Positions 26,402 to 35,768 of a DNA stretch of 54,624 nt are shown piece after piece. The DNA is from a virus (lineage: Duplodnaviria > Caudoviricetes), in IMG/VR virus record IMGVR_UViG_3300020042_003419, positions 1-54,624 of that record; one strand, given 5' to 3'. The notes beneath the pieces are model-generated. The model worked only from the letters and a program-made list of their open reading frames with translations. It did no database searches and was not told where the DNA came from. The position numbers and the translations under genes are program-made. The first letter of the stretch is position 1, and every line of letters begins with the position of its first letter.

Positions 26402-26537
26402 ATGGCAGCAAAGCTGCGGCGCATGAGGCGATCATGATGCATGCGCGTATGACGTGAGGCATTTTCAGCATCAAAATCGACCCGTTATCGGTATTTTTGG
26501 CCCTTGCTTGGCAACAATGGCAGCAAAGCTGCGGCGC
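26402..26537. repeat. 21-bp direct repeat ATGGCAGCAAAGCTGCGGCGC (26402-26422, 26517-26537)
   Basis: Exact copies, each containing the GCAGC-AAA-GCTGC inverted repeat. Confidence 0.9.
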
Positions 26538-27166
26538 GTAGGCGTAGGAAGCTTAGCGAGCGCGAGGCAACGATGGAAGATTTTGAAGGCTTAAAAGCTT
26601 TGCTTCATCGCGCGAGGCAATGATGGTGTTTTTGTAGTAATTTTCGTGGTTGATTTTGTATACCGCCTCATTGTCCTTCAAAGGGTGTCAAAAAACCGAC
26701 AGTCTGCTATCATTTTTATAGCAGTAACACTGTTTTTGAATCAGTATTCCTCACGCATGTAAGTCTTTGAATTCATTAGGGATTCTTTTGATCAGGTGAA
26801 ACACATACGCATATGCATTGTCACCTGCGCCATGATGTGCATGATGTATGTGATGCGCGGCTGCGGCTAGGCGTGACGGGGGTGGACGTGGGCCACTGGG
26901 GGTGGGGGCGTAGATTGTGTACAGCCTCGTACAAAAATCAGGAAAATAGGTTTTGTTAACCAGACCATTCCCGACACAGCTTAATCTACAGCATGACGCA
27001 CACACAGCACCGTTTGAAACGCACTAGGAAGGGCTATAGCAGCTTGAAACAACACGATCAATACAAACATAGCAGCATAGCCGTCAAAGCCCTCTATCGC
27101 CCGTTAAAGCCTTTGTGTCATAGAAACGACAACACCACCTCAATTGCGACAATGTGCTAATAAAGA

Positions 27167-27195
27167 TTGACAAAAGCTTTAAACATGTGTAACAC
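27167..27195 (+). promoter_or_regulatory. Possible promoter for the structural arm
   Basis: TTGACA-N17-TAACAC, weak -10. Confidence 0.4.
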
Positions 27196-27551
27196 TATAG
27201 GTATGCAGTCGGGAATGAGAACACCGTGGGCTGCTAAGTGGCATATGCTGCTTCCGCTACCAACACGGGGTTGACATCAAAGGTAGCAGCGTGGGACATA
27301 ATTCTAGTGCGCGATGTAGCAGAGGCTTATTCTCTGTAAAGACTGGATGAAATGAAGTGCTATAAGCAGCATGGATTCTAAAGTTTTTGCTTTAGTAATT
27401 GTCAAACCTTCTTCTTTAAGCGGGTTAAGATAGACTTTAACTAAAGTTTTTAGAAATATATATTTAATACCTCAATACAACTTGATTCAATCTATATAGT
27501 CTATATAGACGCATTGTCATAAAGATTAATATATGTTACAATGCAAACACT

Positions 27552-27800
27552 ATGTACTACAGCAGACAACAACTAACAGACAATGGACAAATAGATGCTA
27601 AACCTTATAGCATCATTGCTGATGCTTACAAAAGCTTACACAACGATTTATTGGATAGTGTTCATATTCCTCATAGTGATGTTTATTATGTTAGAGCAGC
27701 ATTGGAAAAACATAGCAACATAGTCTTCCCATTAAATGAAGTTGAGAACGCAATGAAGGCTGAAGGTTGGAGAGATAGAAAAGTGTTCGTAAAGTATTAG
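27552..27800 (+). CDS. Hypothetical protein, first gene of the structural arm
   Basis: 82 aa, HIPHSDVYYVRAALE. Confidence 0.7.
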   Translation: MYYSRQQLTDNGQIDAKPYSIIADAYKSLHNDLLDSVHIPHSDVYYVRAALEKHSNIVFPLNEVENAMKAEGWRDRKVFVKY

Positions 27801-27869
27801 TTTGTTGTATAACTAATACATTGTTTGTTTGAAGAATTAAGTTCTTCTATTTGTTTAATGAAAGAAAAT

Positions 27870-28427
27870 ATGGCTACATCTGATATTGCTACTAAAGCTG
27901 CTAAGTTCCGTGAAATGGCAAAGGACAAAGCATTGCCACAAGACGTTCGTAACGCCTATCTTGACAAAGCTAACAAGCTTGAAGAGAAGACAATGAAGCC
28001 TACAATGGCTATGGGTGGTATGGTTAAGATGGCTGTGGGTGGTATGGTTAAGCCTTTGAATCCTTTGCAAGCAAAGAGACAAGAACAAAAGGCAATGATG
28101 ATTAAAGACCGTTTAGCCACTAAAGCAGCCAATCAAGCCGCTAAAGCACCTTTTCCTAATAACATGGGCGGCATGGGCGGTATGGGCGGTAGTGGTGGTA
28201 AGGGTGGTGGCATGGCTACTGGTGGCATGGTTGGTGGTAGTGCTAATGGCAGTGATAACCGTTTCGCTATGGGTGGCACGGTTGGCGGCAGTGCTAATGG
28301 CAGCGACAATAACTTTGCCAAAGGTGGCATGGCTAAGAAGCCAGCAATGATGAACTATGGCGGCATGGCAATGAAAAAGCCAATGATGGCTAAGGGCGGT
28401 GCTGTTAAAAAAGCTAAGTCTAAATAA
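27870..28427 (+). CDS. Basic Met/Gly-rich protein with seven xxxGG tag repeats
   Basis: Probable start MATSD; MAMGGMV, MAVGGMV, MATGGMV, FAMGGTV, FAKGGM, MNYGGM, MAKGGAV. Confidence 0.75.
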   Translation: MATSDIATKAAKFREMAKDKALPQDVRNAYLDKANKLEEKTMKPTMAMGGMVKMAVGGMVKPLNPLQAKRQEQKAMMIKDRLATKAANQAAKAPFPNNMGGMGGMGGSGGKGGGMATGGMVGGSANGSDNRFAMGGTVGGSANGSDNNFAKGGMAKKPAMMNYGGMAMKKPMMAKGGAVKKAKSK

Positions 28428-28828
28428 TGTCTAAACCTATGAAGGGGCTTATGGCCCCTAGCATAGACATTGTTCTATGCCCTTCTATTGTCACTGCTGA
28501 AGAGAACAAAGTCAACACTGACCTAGCCATCAAAGACTGGCGACTAGGGCCATTGAAGGCTTCTGACGAGCCTGATGCTAATAAGCCTTATTGGCAAGAC
28601 ATGGCTAAGGTTTGGAAGATCACTGAAGTTGAAGCACGGCGTCAACGCTGTTCCAACTGTGAATATTTTGAAAACACTCCAGAGATGATTATGATGATGG
28701 AAGAAATTCCACGCACATCTTTTGATACTGATGGTGGTGGTCGAGGTTATTGCCACAAGCTTAAACTCATTTGCCACAACTTACGAGCTTGCCAAGCATG
28801 GGAATACAAAGAGTATGAAGCAGATTAA
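28427..28828 (+). CDS. Cys-containing (HiPIP-like pattern) hypothetical protein
   Basis: CSNCEYF...GYC...C....ACQAW. Confidence 0.7.
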   Translation: MSKPMKGLMAPSIDIVLCPSIVTAEENKVNTDLAIKDWRLGPLKASDEPDANKPYWQDMAKVWKITEVEARRQRCSNCEYFENTPEMIMMMEEIPRTSFDTDGGGRGYCHKLKLICHNLRACQAWEYKEYEAD

Positions 28829-29072
28829 ACGAGGCTCTGAAGAGTTCTCTGGCTACAACAAACCCAAAGCAACTCCATCACATCCCACTAAGAGCCATGT
28901 TGTGTTGGCTAAAGAAGGTGATGTGGTGAAGCTTATTAGGTTTGGACAGCAGGGTGCTAAAGGTAGTGCTGACGGCAGTAAACGCAATGAAGCGTTTAAG
29001 GCTAGGCATGCTGCCAACATTGATAAGGGCAAGATGAGTGCTGCCTATTGGGCTAATAAAGTTAAGTGGTAA
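28815..29072 (+). CDS. Small basic protein
   Basis: Start MKQIK; KLIRFGQQG...FKARH...SAAYWA..VKW. Confidence 0.75.
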   Translation: MKQIKRGSEEFSGYNKPKATPSHPTKSHVVLAKEGDVVKLIRFGQQGAKGSADGSKRNEAFKARHAANIDKGKMSAAYWANKVKW

Positions 29073-29077
29073 TTGCT

Positions 29078-29254
29078 ATGGCTAAATCTAAAGTTAATGA
29101 ATCAAACAACTATACCAAGCCGACAATGCGTAAAGCTTTGTTTGAAAAGATTAAAGCTGGTAGTAGTGGTGGTAATGCTGGTGAATGGTCGGCTAGGAAG
29201 GCTCAGCTATTAGCAAAGCAATATAAAGAAAAAGGTGGAGGATATAAATCATGA
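29078..29254 (+). CDS. Small basic protein (DUF5872-like N-terminal half)
   Basis: YTKP..R...IKAG..GG..G.WSARKAQ.LA..YK..GGGY. Confidence 0.7.
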   Translation: MAKSKVNESNNYTKPTMRKALFEKIKAGSSGGNAGEWSARKAQLLAKQYKEKGGGYKS

Positions 29255-29397
29255 GTAAGAATCAAACCCATTATTTACCATCTGGTAAAGTTTATGTTGG
29301 TGAAACACACAAGTCTGGTAATGTGCTGATGACGGGTGCTAAGCATACAGCCACCAGCAAAGTGCTTACGCACACACCGCCTAAGAAGAAGAAATGA
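29251..29397 (+). CDS. Small basic His-containing protein (48 aa), absent from the ORF track
   Basis: MSKNQTHYLPSGKVYVGETHKSGNVLMTGAKHT...; ATGA overlaps at both ends. Confidence 0.7.
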   Translation: MSKNQTHYLPSGKVYVGETHKSGNVLMTGAKHTATSKVLTHTPPKKKK

Positions 29398-29627
29398 AAG
29401 CTCCTCAGAAGTCTTTGAAAGATTGGGGCGATCAGAAATGGAAAACAAAGTCTGGTAAGCCTTCGTCTGAAACAGGAGAGCGCTATCTACCTGAGAAGGC
29501 CATCAAGTCTTTAACATCTGCTGAGTATGCTGCTACCACCAAAGCAAAGCGTAAAGGCACAGCACAGGGTAAACAATTTGTAGCACAGCCTAAGAGTGTA
29601 GCTAATAAGACAGCTAAGTTTAGATGA
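29394..29627 (+). CDS. Small basic protein (DUF5872-like C-terminal half)
   Basis: QKSLKDW..QKW.TK...ERYLPEKA..SL...E..AT...KR.G...GKQFV. Confidence 0.7.
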   Translation: MKAPQKSLKDWGDQKWKTKSGKPSSETGERYLPEKAIKSLTSAEYAATTKAKRKGTAQGKQFVAQPKSVANKTAKFR

Positions 29628-29638
29628 GGAAATAAGTA

Positions 29639-30883
29639 ATGAGCATAACAAGTTATCCTTCATTAGTTAGGCTTGCCGGTAATGGGGGTAATGCTGTTTC
29701 CTTTGACGGAACTGCCGTTGATGCTTTTGGTAGGCTTCGTGTAAGTCAACCATACACACTCTTTGATAGTCAAAATAGATATGCTATTGACGGTCAGTTT
29801 AGCACATCAACTTCTGGTTCTGGAGCAGCAACTCATTTATCTAATGAGTCTTCAGTGAGTATGGATGTATCAACAACTTCAGGTGATGAAGTGGTTAGAC
29901 AGACCTTCCGAGTATTTCCATATCAACCGGGCAAGAGTTTGTTGTTGTTGGCTACATTTAAGATGAATCAAGCTAAGACAAATCTTCGTCAACGAGTTGG
30001 TTATTTCAATACAGCTAATGGTGTGTTTTTAGAACAAGGTGCCAATGGTATTACATTTGTTTTAAGAACATCTACGAGCGGTAGTGCTAGTGATGCTAGG
30101 TATGTAGACAAGGCTAGTTGGAATGGTGACAAACTAGACGGTACTGGCGCTAGTGGTATTACACTTGATCTTACTAAAACACAAATATTGTTTCTAGATT
30201 TTGAATGGCTTGGTGTTGGTAGCGTTAGGTGTGGTTTTGTCATCAATGGTAGATTCATTGTTGCTCATACCTTTCATAATGCCAATGAACAAACCGCTGT
30301 ATATATGACTACAGCAATTCTTCCTGTTCGTTATGAAATTACTAATACAGGAACTGCAGCTTCATCTTCAACACTAAAACAGATTTGTTCTTCTATTATG
30401 TCTGAGGGTGGTTATGAAGCAGTATCACAAGAACACTCAGCTAGGATGGTGTCTGCTACATCTGGAACATACATAACAACAACGTTTAAACCATTGGTGT
30501 CTATTAGGTTGGCTTCAACAGCATTAGGTGCTGTAGTGCTTCCATATAATTTAAACTTTCTACCAACCACCTCAGACAATTATGAGTTGGCTTTATTTAA
30601 AAATACTACACTGACAACACCAACATACACAGCAGTTGATTCAGACGCTAATGTAGAACAAGACTTAGCCTCCTCATCTATGTCTGGTGGAACAATTGTA
30701 TACAGTGAGTTTACTACAGGAAAATCAGGAAGAGTACCATTGGCTACAGGATCTGGTTACAATTGGGATTTACAGATTGGTGTTTCTTTAACTAGCGTTA
30801 GTGATATTTATACATTAGCTGCTAGAACAGTATCAGGGACTGGTGGTGGTATTGGTTCTTTTTCTTTCTACGACTTAACATGA
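29639..30883 (+). CDS. Putative virion structural protein (beta-rich, lectin-like)
   Basis: DAFGRLRVS.P.TLFDS, YQPGKS, EWLGVG; Ser/Thr-rich. Confidence 0.6.
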   Translation: MSITSYPSLVRLAGNGGNAVSFDGTAVDAFGRLRVSQPYTLFDSQNRYAIDGQFSTSTSGSGAATHLSNESSVSMDVSTTSGDEVVRQTFRVFPYQPGKSLLLLATFKMNQAKTNLRQRVGYFNTANGVFLEQGANGITFVLRTSTSGSASDARYVDKASWNGDKLDGTGASGITLDLTKTQILFLDFEWLGVGSVRCGFVINGRFIVAHTFHNANEQTAVYMTTAILPVRYEITNTGTAASSSTLKQICSSIMSEGGYEAVSQEHSARMVSATSGTYITTTFKPLVSIRLASTALGAVVLPYNLNFLPTTSDNYELALFKNTTLTTPTYTAVDSDANVEQDLASSSMSGGTIVYSEFTTGKSGRVPLATGSGYNWDLQIGVSLTSVSDIYTLAARTVSGTGGGIGSFSFYDLT

Positions 30884-31212
30884 TAACTAAAAATAGAACG
30901 CTAGGTAAAGAACTAACGACAAGTAATCTTGTCATCTATACCACACCTATCAGATATAGCTCAGAAGTTGTCAGCATTGTTGTATCTAATAGTTTAAGTA
31001 GCACTGTCACTTTCTCGTTAGATTGGTATGACTCTGTTAGCTCTACCTATTACACTATAGCTGAACAAGTTCCAATGTACGGACAAAGTATTATTCAATT
31101 AACTGAAGCTTTCACTTTACAACAAAATGATATAATTAGAGGGCTTGCTAGTAGCAACTCTGCCATCACAGTATCAATTAGAGTTCAAGAGCTTTACTCA
31201 GTAGTAACATAA
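30880..31212 (+). CDS. Hypothetical, probably structural beta protein
   Basis: 110 aa, ATGA overlap. Confidence 0.6.
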   Translation: MITKNRTLGKELTTSNLVIYTTPIRYSSEVVSIVVSNSLSSTVTFSLDWYDSVSSTYYTIAEQVPMYGQSIIQLTEAFTLQQNDIIRGLASSNSAITVSIRVQELYSVVT

Positions 31213-31220
31213 GGAAAAAT

Positions 31221-31589
31221 ATGGCAAAAGAATTATCAGAACAACACAAGAAGTTTTTGGAAGTCTTGTTTGATGAGGCAGGTGGTAACATTAATGCAGC
31301 TAAAGAAATTGCTGGTTTCTCTCGTGGCTATAGCACTCGTCAACTAACCAACTATCTCAAAGAAGAAATTGTTGATGCTACCCAACTCTACATTGCAATG
31401 AATGCTCCAAAGGCTGCGTATGCTGTGGTTGGTGCTATTGACGATCCTACACAACTTGGTATTAAAGAAAAGATCAGTGCTGCTAAAGACTTTCTTGATC
31501 GTGCTGGATTTGTTAAGACAGAGAAGGTTCAGGTTGAAGCAACCAATGGTGTAATGATATTGCCAGCGAAAGACCACGAGGAAGATTAA
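31221..31589 (+). CDS. Putative terminase small subunit
   Basis: L.E...KFL..L...G....A..AG HTH-like N-terminus, AAKDFLDRAG, upstream of TerL. Confidence 0.6.
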   Translation: MAKELSEQHKKFLEVLFDEAGGNINAAKEIAGFSRGYSTRQLTNYLKEEIVDATQLYIAMNAPKAAYAVVGAIDDPTQLGIKEKISAAKDFLDRAGFVKTEKVQVEATNGVMILPAKDHEED

Positions 31590-32056
31590 TGACGTTAGGT
31601 GCTTGGGTGCTTCCGCAACCAGAAGATACAACTACCTATGTAAGCATACCCAAGATAGGTAGGACAGTTCCGTTTGGGTATAAAGAAGGTGTTGAAGAAG
31701 GATGGCTTGATCCAATACCAATTGAACTTGAAGCATTAGAAAAAGCTAAGAAGCATTTAAAGCAGTATTCATCAAGAGATGTTTCTGCATGGTTGAGTAA
31801 ATTAACTGGTAGAACAATTTCTCACGTAGGTTTGTTAAAACGAATAAAAGATGAACAGTCCCGCAAAAGAAAATCTTCAACTTATCGCAAGCTTGCCAAG
31901 CGATACGAAGAAGCGCTCAGGAAGGCCGAAGAATACGAGAAGCGCATCGGTGTCAAAGAAGACGACCCCTACCTCAGTAGTGCCAAGTATCAAGCCCTCA
32001 GAGCCGGTTTTACCGACAACGCCAGTAGAAACACAGAACATAGTATTCAAGCCTAA
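31589..32056 (+). CDS. Putative DNA-binding protein (recombinase-associated-like PFGY + HTH)
   Basis: RTVPFGY, S.R.V..WL...TGR.ISH.GL. Confidence 0.55.
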   Translation: MTLGAWVLPQPEDTTTYVSIPKIGRTVPFGYKEGVEEGWLDPIPIELEALEKAKKHLKQYSSRDVSAWLSKLTGRTISHVGLLKRIKDEQSRKRKSSTYRKLAKRYEEALRKAEEYEKRIGVKEDDPYLSSAKYQALRAGFTDNASRNTEHSIQA

Positions 32057-33428
32057 TAATGGCCCTCAATCGCACTTCTTAGCTGCTGGTCAACGTGAGG
32101 TTTTGTATGGTGGTGCTGCTGGTGGTGGTAAAAGTTATGCAATGTTAGCAGATCCATTGAGATACATGGGTCATCCACAGTTTTCTGGATTGCTTTTGCG
32201 ACATACAACTGAGGAGTTACGTGAACTTATATGGAAGTCTCAGGAGATTTATCCTAAGATTTATCAGGGCATTAAGTGGAGTGAAAGAAAAATGCAGTGG
32301 CAAGCGCCATCGGGTGCTAGATTGTGGATGTCATACCTAGATAGGGATGAAGACGTACTGCGTTATCAAGGGTTGGCGTTCAGTTGGATTGGTTTTGATG
32401 AGCTTACGCAGTGGAGTACACCATTTGCGTGGAATTATATGCGCTCTCGACTACGTACACCTGCTGCAGACCTACCAATTTTCATGCGAGCAACGACAAA
32501 TCCGGGTGGGCCGGGTCATTCTTGGGTGAAGAAGATGTTTATTGACCCCGCCCCGGCTGGAAAGTCTTTCGATGCCACCGATATTGAGACAGGGCAAACA
32601 ATGTTGTACCCAAAAGGTCACAGCAAAGAGGGTCAACCGTTATTTAAACGTAAGTTTATACCAGCAATGCTGACAGATAATCCATATTTGTCTGAATCTG
32701 GTGATTATGAAACCATGTTGCTAAGCTTACCGGAGCATCAACGTAAACAATTGTTAGAAGGAAATTGGGATGTTGCAGAAGGAGCCGCTTTTCCAGAGTT
32801 TAATAGAGCGATACACGTTATTGAGCCATTTGACATTCCTCAAAACTGGACAAGATTTAGATCGGGTGATTATGGGTACGGAAGTTATAGTGCAATCGTG
32901 TGGTTTGCTGTATCTCCTAGCGATCAACTAATCATCTATAGAGAATTGTACGTATCTAAGGTACTTGCTGTTGATTTGGCTAAAATGATTAATCAAATTG
33001 AAGCAAATGATGGAACAATGAGATACGGTGTGCTAGATAGTAGTTGTTGGGCCAAGCGTGGTGATAATGGCCCTTCAATTGCTGAACAAATGATATTAGA
33101 AGGATGCCGTTGGCGTCCTGCTGACCGTAGTGCTGGTAGTCGTGTCGCAGGAAAACAGCAACTTCATAGGCGATTACAGGTTGATCCATTTACAGACATG
33201 CCTAAAATGGTTATAACAAGTAATTGTGTTAATATAATAGCTCAGCTTCCTATCATTCCACTGGATAAAAAAAATCCAGAAGATATTGATACTAAGTCTG
33301 AAGATCATTTATATGATGCTATCAGATATGGAATTATGAGTAGACCACGTAGTAGCATTTGGGACTATAACCCTGCTACATCAAAGGCTGCTGGCATGCC
33401 AATGGCTGATAAACTTTTTGGGTATTAA
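31851..33428 (+). CDS. terL: Terminase large subunit
   Basis: Walker A GGAAGGGKS, Walker B IGFDE, ATTNPGG, nuclease DYG and DH.YDA.RY; start uncertain. Confidence 0.95.
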   Translation: MNSPAKENLQLIASLPSDTKKRSGRPKNTRSASVSKKTTPTSVVPSIKPSEPVLPTTPVETQNIVFKPNNGPQSHFLAAGQREVLYGGAAGGGKSYAMLADPLRYMGHPQFSGLLLRHTTEELRELIWKSQEIYPKIYQGIKWSERKMQWQAPSGARLWMSYLDRDEDVLRYQGLAFSWIGFDELTQWSTPFAWNYMRSRLRTPAADLPIFMRATTNPGGPGHSWVKKMFIDPAPAGKSFDATDIETGQTMLYPKGHSKEGQPLFKRKFIPAMLTDNPYLSESGDYETMLLSLPEHQRKQLLEGNWDVAEGAAFPEFNRAIHVIEPFDIPQNWTRFRSGDYGYGSYSAIVWFAVSPSDQLIIYRELYVSKVLAVDLAKMINQIEANDGTMRYGVLDSSCWAKRGDNGPSIAEQMILEGCRWRPADRSAGSRVAGKQQLHRRLQVDPFTDMPKMVITSNCVNIIAQLPIIPLDKKNPEDIDTKSEDHLYDAIRYGIMSRPRSSIWDYNPATSKAAGMPMADKLFGY

Positions 33429-33435
33429 GGAAAAC

Positions 33436-35550
33436 ATGGCAACTAAACAAACACAATATACACCAGACACAACTTTGTCTTTGGGAGATGATAAGAATTC
33501 TGGTAATATAGGATTCACTGGCGGGTCACTACTTTCTTTTATTCAAGAACGATTTACTCGTTCCGAATCAAGTCGTCGCGCTGATGAAACACGTTGGCTA
33601 CGAGCATATAGAAATTATCGTGGTTTGTATGGGCCTGATGTTCAATTTACTGATACTGAAAAATCTCGTGTGTTTATTAAAGTTACAAAGACAAAGACAC
33701 TTGCCGCATATGGGCAAATTGTTGATGTGTTGCTTGCTAATAATAAATTTCCTATCAGCATTGACCCGTCTGTATTGCCAGATGGTATTGTTGAAAGTGT
33801 TCATTTTGATCCTAACAACCCTTCTACAACTGAAAAACAAAAGATAGACATTCCGTTTGGTAAAGACGGTAGTGCTGGAATTACTGCTGGATTTAACCTA
33901 GATACTTTGGAAGAAATGCTAGGTTCGATGAAGGAAGAGTTGAAAGATATTCCCGGTCTAAAAAAGGGTCTTGGTGTAACGCCAACATCTGTTACGTTTA
34001 GTCCTGCTTTAGTAGCTGCTAAGAAGATGGAAAAGAAAATTCATGATCAACTAGACGAAAGCAGCGCCTCTAAACATTTACGCTCTGTAGCTTTTGAAAT
34101 GTCTTTGTTTGGTACAGGGGTAATGAAAGGCCCGTTTGGTACTAACAAAGAATATCCACATTGGGGTGAAGATGGTAAATATAATCCATTAATTAAAACT
34201 GTTCCAGAACTTTCGAGTGTTTCTATTTGGAATTTTTATTGGGATTCTGATGCTAATAATACTGAAGATTGTCAGTATGTTTTTGAACGTCACAAGCTTA
34301 ATCGCTCACAAGTTAGAGCGTTGAAGCGCCGCCCATTCTTTAGGGCAAATGTAATTGATCAAGTTATTGCGGAAGGTGAAAGCTATCAAAAGAAATATTG
34401 GGAAGATGACTTAAAAGACTTTGCACCTAATTTTGGTATTGATCGTTTTGAGGTATTAGAATATTGGGGTTCTGTTGATATTGACTTGCTGATTGAAAAT
34501 GATATTAACATTCCACGAGAACTTGAAGGTGAAGGTGAACTACAGGCAAACATTTGGTATTGCAATGGAAAGATATTGCGGCTTGTATTGAATCCGTTTA
34601 AGCCATCAAAGATTCCTTACTATGCTGTGCCGTATGAGTTGAATCCATATTCGTTGGCTGGTGTTGGTATTGGTGAAAACATGGACGACACCCAAACGCT
34701 AATGAATGGTTTCATGCGTATGGCAGTTGACAATGCTGTTTTGTCTGGTAACTTGGTCTTTGAGATTGATGAAACTAATTTAGTTCCCGGCCAAGACTTT
34801 TCTGTTCATCCGGGCAAAGTGTTTAGAAGGCAAGGTGGCGCTCCCGGACAAAGCTTGTTTGGTACAAAATTCCCTAACGTAGCACAGGAAAACTTGCAAC
34901 TGTTTGACAAGGCTCGTCAACTATCCGATGAGTCTACTGGTCTTCCATCATTTGCTCATGGACAAACAGGCGTGTCTGGTGTTGGTCGCACAGCCTCTGG
35001 TATTTCCATGTTGATGAATGCTGCTTCTGGTGGTATTAAAACTGTTATTAAAAACATTGATGATTATTTGCTTGGCCCAATTGGTAAAGCATATTTCAAC
35101 TTTAATATGCAGTTTGATTATGACCCAGAAATCAAAGGTGATCTGGAAGTTAACGCTCGTGGCACAGAAAGCTTAATGGCTAATGAAGTTCGTAGTCAGC
35201 GATTGATGCAGTTTTTACAGATTGCTAGTCAGCCTTCTCTTGCTCCTTTTGCCAAGTTTCCATACATCATTCGTGAAATTGCAAGGAGCATGGATTTAGA
35301 TCCTGAGAAAGTTACAAACAATATGGATGAAGCAATGAAGCAAGCTGCTCTGCTCCAAAAACAACAAACTCCTCCTGCTCCTGAAGGTGGCGGCACACCT
35401 GCTCCGGGACAACCCCCACAAGGCGTTGCAGGGCCTCCGGGTGTTGCCGATCAAACAGGTGGTGGTGGTGGCAACATTGGTGTTGGCGCTCCTCCTGAGC
35501 CGGGAATGCAAGGCTTTTCAGCGGCTCCCCCTGCTGCTCCAATGGCATGA
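33436..35550 (+). CDS. Portal protein
   Basis: Follows TerL; ~700 aa; FGTGVMK, YELNPY..G.G, PGK.F, RTASGISML; Pro/Gly tail. Confidence 0.9.
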   Translation: MATKQTQYTPDTTLSLGDDKNSGNIGFTGGSLLSFIQERFTRSESSRRADETRWLRAYRNYRGLYGPDVQFTDTEKSRVFIKVTKTKTLAAYGQIVDVLLANNKFPISIDPSVLPDGIVESVHFDPNNPSTTEKQKIDIPFGKDGSAGITAGFNLDTLEEMLGSMKEELKDIPGLKKGLGVTPTSVTFSPALVAAKKMEKKIHDQLDESSASKHLRSVAFEMSLFGTGVMKGPFGTNKEYPHWGEDGKYNPLIKTVPELSSVSIWNFYWDSDANNTEDCQYVFERHKLNRSQVRALKRRPFFRANVIDQVIAEGESYQKKYWEDDLKDFAPNFGIDRFEVLEYWGSVDIDLLIENDINIPRELEGEGELQANIWYCNGKILRLVLNPFKPSKIPYYAVPYELNPYSLAGVGIGENMDDTQTLMNGFMRMAVDNAVLSGNLVFEIDETNLVPGQDFSVHPGKVFRRQGGAPGQSLFGTKFPNVAQENLQLFDKARQLSDESTGLPSFAHGQTGVSGVGRTASGISMLMNAASGGIKTVIKNIDDYLLGPIGKAYFNFNMQFDYDPEIKGDLEVNARGTESLMANEVRSQRLMQFLQIASQPSLAPFAKFPYIIREIARSMDLDPEKVTNNMDEAMKQAALLQKQQTPPAPEGGGTPAPGQPPQGVAGPPGVADQTGGGGGNIGVGAPPEPGMQGFSAAPPAAPMA

Positions 35551-35768
35551 GCAAAGAATATCTAAACAGGCTTAAACCGCTTGTCAACGCTCCTTTGCAG
35601 TGGCAAGCTTTTGAAGAGATGCTTGAGCATTACATTATTCAACATCAACGCAAGTTAGAACAATCTTCTGAACCCATTGATATGTACAAAGCACAAGGTG
35701 CTATTTCTGCTCTACGGCAACTTAAATATTTAAAGGATGAAATCAATGTTTATAACAAAGCGAAATAA
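35547..35768 (+). CDS. Small helical protein following the portal
   Basis: YKAQGAI..LR.L..LKDE pattern. Confidence 0.7.
   Translation: MSKEYLNRLKPLVNAPLQWQAFEEMLEHYIIQHQRKLEQSSEPIDMYKAQGAISALRQLKYLKDEINVYNKAK

Noticed and set aside
26751-27005. 84-aa minus-strand ORF
   Set aside because: Low-complexity translation of the G-rich control region, no SD, upstream of the early promoters
27271-27302. sigma70 promoter TTGACA...CATAAT
   Set aside because: The 20-nt spacer is too long
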